From contig CATNEN010000001.1 in the NCBI GenBank assembly GCA_950097015.1, positions 2,232,001 through 2,296,000 on the forward strand: a DNA stretch of 64,000 bases, read 5' to 3'. Each line of letters begins with the position of its first letter. Position 1 is the stretch's first letter. The DNA comes from Macrostomum hystrix. Lineage: Eukaryota; Animalia; Platyhelminthes. The notes below the pieces were generated by a model, which searched no databases, was not told the DNA's origin, and saw only the letters and a program-made list of their open reading frames with translations. A program made the translations under genes and the position numbers. Positions 51,544-60,500 of the stretch are shown here, piece by piece.

Positions 51544-54500
51544 ATGCGCCTAGCCAAGCTACTACCGTCTCGTAGTTTGCTTCACTGTTATCGCTGTCTT
51601 CAGAATCGACACATTTGCAATGTAGACTCTTTCGGTTTGATTAATCATAGCCAACCTAGGCGCCAGTCATCAACAAATTGTCAGTTATTAAGTCGCGGAG
51701 CAGACAGTTGGCCAAAAACTGAACTCACAACTCAGACTCGATTGGATATTGAAGCGTCCTGGGCTGACAGATTGTCAGCGTTAGATACTGCAGCTGCTCA
51801 GCTCAATGACACTGCAACAGATACTGATACTACTAAAGAGAAATTCTACGTATTGTGCATGTTTCCTTATCCAAGTGGTCGCTTGCACATGGGTCACCTG
51901 AGAGTGTACACTCTAGGCGACGTTGTAACCAGGTATCACCGGCACCTGGCCGGTCGCCAGGTGCTGCATCCGATGGGTTGGGACGCGTTCGGTTTGCCAG
52001 CCGAGAATGCGGCCCGGGACCGCGGCTTGCCTGCGGAGACTTGGACTAGGGAGAACATTAATGCCATGAGGCAGCAATTGAAGGATATGCGATTAGCGTT
52101 CGATTGGAGTAGAGAGTTTGCCACCTGCGATCCTGACTATTATCGGTGAGCCGTTTTAAGACAGCACTACTCAATTACAAAGTCAAGAATTTGATTTATT
52201 GATCATCCTAAGTCGTGAAACAACGCTTCAAATCTGTAAGCTTAAGATTTCACCTGATTAATTCCTGATTACACCTGCCCGAATCGTGTCAAATGTGCTG
52301 CCGACAGTACAGCCGCAGCTATCGCGTGGCGCATCTAAAGGCTGCGTACGGCTATTCAGTCCATGGACTAAAGGGACGCCACACCCTTTTGTGGCGTCCC
52401 TTTAGGGACCTTCAAGTCGTGAGTTCGACGCTCTAACCACTAGGCAACAACCCTTCTAGAAACTCTGGTTTTAAGTGCAGTCTGGGGCGCAGCCGCGGAG
52501 AGAGGGCTTGGGTGGCTTGTGCAATTTACGCCCTCTATGGCCAACCTCCAAGGCACAGTGAAGTGTACACGATCATAATGTCAGGGCAGATGTAGATACA
52601 TGTGTGAGCATGTCCCTGTGTACGGTATCTGTGTGCGTGTGTGCTCAGGAGTCAACGGGTTATGCAGAATGGCCTCCTCGCAATTAAATATCGTGTATTA
52701 AGGAAAATTATCCTCAAAATTCGCAATTAAATTTAGATGGACCCAGTGGATATTCGTACAACTACACAAAGCTGGGCTGTGCTATCGCAGAAAGGCCTAT
52801 GTCAATTGGGATCCAGTGGATCAGACTGTGCTAGCAGACGAGCAGGTCGACTCAGACGGTCGCTCGTGGCGTTCAGGCGCTCTAGTTGAGCAGCGCCCTC
52901 TGACGCAATGGTTTGTGCGCGTGTCGGCTTATTACGAATCACTGCTAGCTGGGCTTGAAACTGTGCGATCGGATCAGTGGCGTGAGGTGGCTAGGATGCA
53001 GCGAGGCTGGCTGGGTCGACTCGATGGCACATGGGTGCTGTTTGCACTAGTTGGTCCGGATGGAAAGCGTAAGTTGTCACCATTGTACGAGCTAGCATCT
53101 ATTGTTAAAGGTGTTTGTAAAATGATGGGGTTAACCAGTATTTTTAACTATTGTATCGAACAGTAGAAAGACCGCACTATTCAACATTTTCCGCTTCTTA
53201 CCAAGAAGAAACTGTCAAGGCCGTCCGACGCCAGCATCGTCGAGATATTCAGTGATTTTTTCCTGGTGAAAAGGACATTAGCATGGCTTTGTGTAAACCT
53301 CTATGACGAATCCATATTTGTTCAATATAAAAATAATTAACAGTAATTGCCGACATGGTTTCATGGTTAGATTTTATGAGCAAAAAAAATTATCCGACGA
53401 GAATCGTTGAATATCTCGACGATGCCGATGCTTTGGGAATCTGTAAGATGTTGTCTCATCGAATAGAACGGGATATTTTAGGTCGTGTTCTCGATTTTTC
53501 TGGCGATTATTTGAATATGAATGACAACGTTGCGTGGCTTCATTCAGGTGCAGCTAAAATCACAGAAAACCCACCCCTAAAAAACGGTTTATCATCTCAC
53601 ATTCACCGCAGCTCTCGACGAGGATCTTCAGGTATTTACTCGTCAGCCCGCAATTCTGCGCGCAGTCAGCCACCTGGAAGTGTCCCGCTCCAGTTGTCTG
53701 ATGCATAGATTTCCCGAGTTGCTAGCCAGCCCTTCTAAGGCTTCCCAGCAGCAGGATGCTCTACTTCCAGTGCGCGCTATTAATCCAGTTACCAAGGAAA
53801 CCATCAGCGTTGTTTATCGCCCGTCGTTGACATTTCCACTCGAAGACGCTGCCGATTGTCGCGCCGTCGCGCCAGAATTCGACGATTCCTGCAGTGCCAT
53901 TGTCAAACAGTTCAACATCTCTACGCCGGAATCTATTTCCGTTCGGAATTTTGATAGCGGTGAAACTAGTCGTCGGTTCTGTCCGTCTCTCGGCGGAGGC
54001 TTAGCCGGACTTCCGGTTGAATCTTCGGACGCCTTCGACGCGGCGCTGGCCGAATTGAAATCGGTTGGCGCCGGGGGTCATCGGAGCAGCGCGCTTAGAC
54101 GCGATTGGCTAGTTTCACGGCAGAGACGCTGGGGTACACCCATCCCGGTGCTGCACTGCCCAGGTTGCGGACCTGTACCGGTGTGTAAGACATTGTGTGC
54201 TTGGAGATAGTTTTCTTGCTCGTATTATTTTGAGTTTGTTTTAGTAAGCATAATTTTAAAACCGCATATCCTTAGTGTTATATTTGGCGGGGGTGATTGG
54301 CAGAGCGGTTATCGCGTTTGCCTCTCGCACCAAGCTCCCTGAGCTCGATTCCGCGGCGAGGCCACATTCATTTGGGGACTTGCCGCGCAATTTACACCCT
54401 TGAGGGCCAACATCCAAGGCACAGTGAGAGTGTACACGATGAGAAAGTCGGAGCGGATGTACACACCTGTGTGAGGGTGTTCCTGCGTACAGTATCAATG

Positions 54501-56758
54501 TGCGTGTGTGCTCAGGAGTCAGCGAAATGGGCTGCAGAATTGCCTCTTCACTTGCTGCGGGTCCACTATCACTAAATGTTGTGCCACTGCCTGCAGCCCT
54601 TCTGAAGTTAATATTTTATTATTATTAATATTTATCATGTGTTATATTCTACCTAAAATTGGTCAACTCAAGGTGCCCGAAAAAGAACTTCCTGTTCGAC
54701 CAGACGCGGAACCCACGACAGCCTGTCCAAATTGTGGCCAACTAGCCGAACGCGATCGCGAAACTCTGGACACATTCGTTGATTCATCCTGGTACTATTT
54801 AAGATTCTTAGATTCCAACAATTCTAGCCAGCTGTGCGATCCGAGCATCGCCAAACGAATGATGCCAGTTGATTTGTACATCGGTGGCATGGAGCACGCA
54901 GTTCGTCACCTGTACTATGCTAGGTCAGAATAATGAAACTATTTTAACTCTTTAAAATCGACTCACAAAGAGTGAGGTGGGTGTTACAGGGAGTGAGGTG
55001 GATGTTACGGTAAGTGAGGTGGGTGTTACTGGAGTAAAGTACTCGTAGTTATTGCGGGGAGTGAGGTGGGTGTTACGGGGAGTGAGGTGGGTGTTACGGG
55101 AGTGAGGTGGGTGTTGCGGGGAGTGAGGTGGGTGTTGCGGGGAGTGAGGTGGGTGTTACGGGGAGTGAGGTTGGTGTTACGAAGAGATTAATAGGGGTTT
55201 AGTGGCGGTAAATTTAATGAGTCGAGTCGGTTTTTCTCGACGTGGCAGAAAAGAGTTTCTTCGAGGAGTGGGGTGTTGATTTTTTGCGGGTCGAGTGTGT
55301 TTTATTTATAGTAGTGACCTCTTTACTCACTCCTAAAATATTTTTGAAATGTTAAGATTTGTGAGCCACTTCCTGCACCGCATCGGTGTGGCGCCAGCTC
55401 CTGAGCCATTCGACCAGTTCCTTCCCGTCGGCCTGGTTCTTGGCCAAACCTGCCAACTGCCGGATGGTCGCTATGTGCCGCCCAGCGAGGTTGACGCCCA
55501 AAAGTGCGTCCACCTCTCCACCGGCTTGCCTGTCAAGATTACTCAGGACAAGATGAGCAAATCCAAGCTCAACGGCGTTGAACCTGGTGACGTTCTGCGA
55601 AGATTAAGCATCGATACTACCCGGCTGTGTCTGCTGGCCAGCACTGCTCCGCAGAGCGACCGCCTCTGGGACGAAACTGGCATCCTGTCTGGTGTCATCA
55701 ACTGGCAGCGTCGACTGTGGCGTCTGGTGACAGATCTGCATGCTGAAGAAGCCAAGGTTTGTATTTATTCTTGTCCGTGAGACCAATAATTATAGTATTT
55801 ACTGGAGGGCTGCAGACAATGGCGCATCATTTGGTGACACTCGACGCACAGCCAGTGAGGAGGCAATTCTGCCCATTTCGCTGACTACTTAGCACACACG
55901 CACACAGATTTCGTACGCAGGCATACGCTGACGCAGGTGTGTACATCTGCACTGACACCAACTCCATTCCGCCTATAACCAACCCCATTTTGCCTAACAC
56001 CAACCCAACTCCGCCAAAAGCCAACCCCACTCCCCCTAACACCAACCCCACTCCGCCTAACATTTACCCCACTCCGCCTAACACCAACCCCACTCCGCTA
56101 AACACCAACCCCACTCCTGTGCCTGTGTATATTTCACTGTGCCTTGGAGGTTGGCCCTCTTGGGCCCTCTTGCTCCCAAGTCTTCTCTCCGCGCTGCGCC
56201 CTAAATGAATTTGACGAGCTCCCAGTCTGTCAAACTAGGGAGGCTGGTAGATTACGCAGGCGATTTTAACCAATCAAAAAAACTCGCTTCTGTCTCTAGG
56301 TTCAACGACTCGACCCAACCGTTGACAAATCCGACGACCCAGATGTGAATCGTCTACTCAATGAGCGTCGTAAAACTGTCACAACTGTTCTCAAAGCCTA
56401 TGAGTCAACTTACTCATTCAGCATTGCTATAGCTCGCATGCAATCTTTGACCAGTCTGTTGCTAAGTGCAACTCCTGCACAACGTCTGGCTAGTCCATTG
56501 CGATTGGAGACCATTTGCATGCTGGTGTACATGCTGAGCCCCATGGCGCCAATGTTTACCAGTGAATTATGGCTCGGTCTGTCGGCCTGCCTCGGCTCGA
56601 ACAGCGATGCTGTGAACCATTTTGCTGGAAAATTTCGCTTCGACAAAGGTGTTGTTGAACAATTGCCGAATGAAGCGTTGGCCTTCGCTAGGCTAGTGGC
56701 TTCGACAGACGTGAAGTCAACTGAGAAGAAGAAAAGCAAGACCGCAGCTGAACGATAG
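51544..56758 (+). CDS. LARS2: Mitochondrial leucyl-tRNA synthetase, 6 exons, about 870 aa
   Basis: Exons 51544-52145, 52737-53068, 53612-54180, 54673-54923, 55357-55756 and 56300-56758. It has an Arg/Leu/Ser-rich presequence, [13 protein letters not shown] (HIGH), [39 protein letters not shown] and KMSKS. Confidence 0.96.
52255..52682. mobile_element. Deleted SINE B copy (-, 52255-52450) adjacent to a partial SINE A copy (+, 52480-52682) in LARS2 intron 1
   Basis: TTCAGTCCATGGACT and GATTACACCTGCCC (reverse complement of the B 3' end) are present, followed by GCCAACCTCCAAGGCACAGTG of family A. Confidence 0.75.
54289..54630 (+). mobile_element. SINE family A, near full length, LARS2 intron 3
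   Basis: A box TGGCAGAGCGG, B-box-like GAGCTCGATTCC and an ATT tail. Confidence 0.82.
54969..55182. repeat. 21-bp G-rich minisatellite (GGGAGTGAGGTGGGTGTTACG), LARS2 intron 4
   Basis: Read directly. Confidence 0.9.
55785..56210 (-). mobile_element. SINE family A copy interrupted by a minisatellite
   Basis: 55785-55955 and 56118-56210 are the reverse complement of adjacent parts of the family A consensus. Confidence 0.75.
55955..56117. repeat. 21-bp C-rich minisatellite (CCAACCCCACTCCGCCTAACA), LARS2 intron 5
   Basis: Read directly; the reverse complement of the array at 56898-57112. Confidence 0.92.
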
Positions 56759-56897
56759 TAATTTTCGCTGGTTCATTTAATGGAAAATAAAATTAAAAAG
56801 TCACCATTTTGACATGTTGCATTGCCTTTTTTTGACCTTTGCAAAAAGTTACTTTATAAATTGACCTGACAAGAGTTTTAGTATTCAGCGTTCTGCT

Positions 56898-57112
56898 GGA
56901 GTGGGGTTGGTGTTAGGTGGAGTGGGGTTGGTGTTAGACGGAGTGGGGTTGTTGTTTGGCGGAGTGGGTTTGGTCTTAGGGGGAGTGGGTTTGGTGTTAG
57001 GCGGAGTGGGGTTGGTGATAGGCGGAGTGGGGTTGGTGTTGGGCGGAGTGGGGTTGGTGTTAGGCAGTGAGGTTAGTGTATAGCGGAGTGGGGTTGTTGT
57101 TAGACGGAGTGA
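56898..57112. repeat. 21-bp G-rich minisatellite (GGCGGAGTGGGGTTGGTGTTA), LARS2-CLEC16A spacer
   Basis: Read directly. Confidence 0.92.
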
Positions 57113-57556
57113 GGCGCTGTTTAGCGTATTAAGATTTGTGTTTAGTGAGTTAAGATAAAATGATAAATTTCGATTTTTTATTTTGAATAGCTGCAGTGAC
57201 TTTATTCGATCAACTATATTATTAAACAAAATTTTAGCTTACCGCCATCACATTTTACATATTTATTCTAAATCTAAGCTATCCATATAATTGCATTTGT
57301 TTAAGCCCAACCAACTTTTGATGTTGCTACTACTTTCAATGGAAAAATGTGTTTCATCAGTGCTTTTAGATATAATCCATGCTAGGTCAATTTATTTCGA
57401 TTATGAATTATAATATTACACGGCCTAGCTATTTGGCAAAGCGTGTGGCCGACATTGACCGTTTTGTTGTTCTTGCAAAAGTTTTTTTTGTTGTTCTATA
57501 TTTTGTTGTATTGCTTTTCCAGCACTGACTGAGTGGACAACAAAGCAAATAAAAGA

Positions 57557-60500
57557 ATGTTTAGCAGGCCACCGACAGCTAGGAACAGCCTGTTCGGCGG
57601 CCCCAGTCAGCTGTGGAAGTCCAAGAATCCACACTCGCTGGAGTATCTCAAGTATCTCTACGGTGTACTATGCAAAAATCAGACTGTTACGGAGCACAAT
57701 TCCAGCTTGTTGGTGGAGGCCCTCAGGTCGATGTCTGAAACATTGATCTGGGGCGATCAGAATGACGACACTGTGTTCGACTTCTTCCTAGAAAAGAGCC
57801 TTCTCTCCTTTTTTCTGAGCTACATGAAGCAGAAGTCTAGCGGCTATATCTGCGTGCAACTATTGCAAACGTTGAACATTCTATTTGAAAACATCAGCAA
57901 GGAGGCGTCCATCTACTATTTGTTATCAAATAATCACGCCAATTCCATTATTGCGCATCGATTTGACTTCTCGGATGAAGAGGTTAGTGAACATTTATTG
58001 AATTGATTTGATTATATTGTTAATTTACCCGCTAAGAAATAGGGATGTTTATTTGGGTGATTCCAGTTGGAATCTGCGGTGTTTCCAGAAAAAGAAACTG
58101 CCGACCGCTGGAAGCATACCAATCGGATGATTCCATGCTTAGAATCTACCCAACTGGGCGTTTTCTCGGAGCTTTTTGGTGGCGAAATGGAATCACCCAA
58201 AGAATCCTCCAGTTCGGAAGATTCCATGCTCAGAAACCGCCGAGGAATCGCCCGTAAATAATTCTCTGGTTGTCCCATGGGCCGCTGGTTCGGGTGATTC
58301 TTCGGCGGTTTCCGCACAATTTACGGTTACATCGGCTGCTTCCTGGGTGGTTTCTTTAACTCTTGCGAGATAGGGGGGATTTCGGTAGATTCCACTCCTA
58401 TTTTGCACAAAAAACCCGCCGAAGAAGCAGCCGAATTTTTTACAGGGTATACATTTTTACACCAACATGGATTCGCCAATATCTCGACGATGTTGACTCG
58501 GACGGCTTTCAAAGTTTGTTCATCGTAAATAGCGTAAAATTTTGATCCAAATTTCACGAAAATTGGTCATTCGGTTTGGGAGCTTTCGTGAAGAAGATTT
58601 TTCCGCAGCGGAGAAATAGCGTGATCTTTCTACTTTTAAATCTTAAAATAAAGAAAGTTGTTGAAAATATTCTTGTCATTAAAACCCTCTATTCTTACAG
58701 GTGATGGCCTACTACATATCGTTCTTGAAGACACTCTCCCTGAAGCTTAATCGCCACACAATTCATTTCTTCTACAATGAGCACGCTCGAGAATTTCCCC
58801 TCTACACTGAGGCCGTCAACTTTTTCAACCACTCCGAAAGCATGGTTCGCATCGCTGTGCGCACAATCACCCTGAATGTGTTTCGCGTCGATGATAAAGG
58901 ATTGATTAGATTTATCTGCGACACCACAGCGGTCGGCTACTTTCCCGAGCTTGTAGCCTGCATCGGTAAGCGCAGTCTCGAGCTAGATTCATGCGTTAGA
59001 AACGACGCGGAGCACAGCAGTCGAGGACGACTGGCCGATCTGCTCTGCGAACATGTCGATCATTTGCACTATATTAGCGACATTTTCCGTCTGGGCGTTG
59101 AACCGCTTTCCGACCTGTTAACTGACCTGTTGCTTCAATCGTTGCTATTGCCCATTCATGTGCGATCTCTACTGATTATGGCCGCTCAATCGCAGGGTCA
59201 ATTAAAGAAGCGAATTCAACAGCGTCAGAGTTTGACGCAAAGTTCTGCACGCAGTGATACAGCAGGTGTCGAAGTTGGTGCTTCAGTGGACCTCAAAACT
59301 ATCGTAGCTGGTAGGTGTGATTATGCTTACCAACTTACAATAAAATACGCACAATCATCTATCTTTTAGCAACCAATTCTTCATTTTTTCAGCGCCACCT
59401 GCGGCACCACCAACCGCTTCGCCGCCAGTGAATGCTAATCTGGCTTTATTTCTTCTGACGCACCTTTTCCTGGCTGTTCAACATCCGCCTTTAGTGCGAC
59501 AATTGTTGGCTGCTATCCTGCCAGATGACGATCAAGCTATAGATAGCACTGATCCGGAAGCTCTGGATGTAGATATAATTGACGATGACGAAAGCAATGA
59601 TGACGAGAGCTCCTACGAAACGGATTTCAAAACAGACATTGTCACCGATTCAAGCAATGTAACCGACGAAGAAAAACTGCGTCAGCGCCGTCTCCGAAAC
59701 CAACGCCTGATCAGGTTTCAATTGCGTCGTCGTCTCGCTGTGCTGTTGGACTCGCTGATGCCGCCGCCATTGACCAGTGCCACCGACTCCGCCGCCCTGT
59801 TTAGTGTTGCATTCCTGCTGGCTGCCAGGCGGAATCCAGGTCTAGCTGAGTCGTCCGTGTTGCATTCGCCTTGCGCTTGTCGGTTAATGTCTAGTCGCCT
59901 GTTGCGTCTAATAGCCTACGCTTGCTGCGAGCCGCGTGCCGCCACGCGAGTTCGCCCGGTAACAGCTGAGCTAGCTGCTCAACTCCTGTCCGAGCTAATC
60001 GTCGATTGTCGATTGCTTACCGACGGCCAGTGGGCCATCTTAGAAAGTGCCCGAGAGGAGAGCGCCTTGGCTCTGAGGGAGTGCTTTCGCAATGAAGATC
60101 TCTTTCTAGATCAGTTTGAAGATGAATGGCGTTGCTTAGAATCGGCGTCGATCAACGTCGAACAACTGATGATTGACTCTAGTCTGTTGTTGACGCCAAC
60201 TGGCACGCCGTTGACTGGCATTGAGTTTAGCCGTCGATTACCTTGCGGAGAGGTGAGAGAGTAAATGAGAGCTAACTTGTATGATATGTAGATTTAAAAA
60301 GGTCCAAATTAGTCTGAATCGTCTCAGTGATTTTAGACTCGAAAAATAATAATTTTATTTCCGAGGAGGAAGTTGTTGCCTAGTGATTAGAGCTTCGGAT
60401 TAAAGAGCGATCGTGATCGTGATCGTGATCGTGATCGTGGTCGTGGGTTCGATTCCCAACTCTGCATTGCTTAAAAAGTTCGCCCACCTGTTAAATAAGT

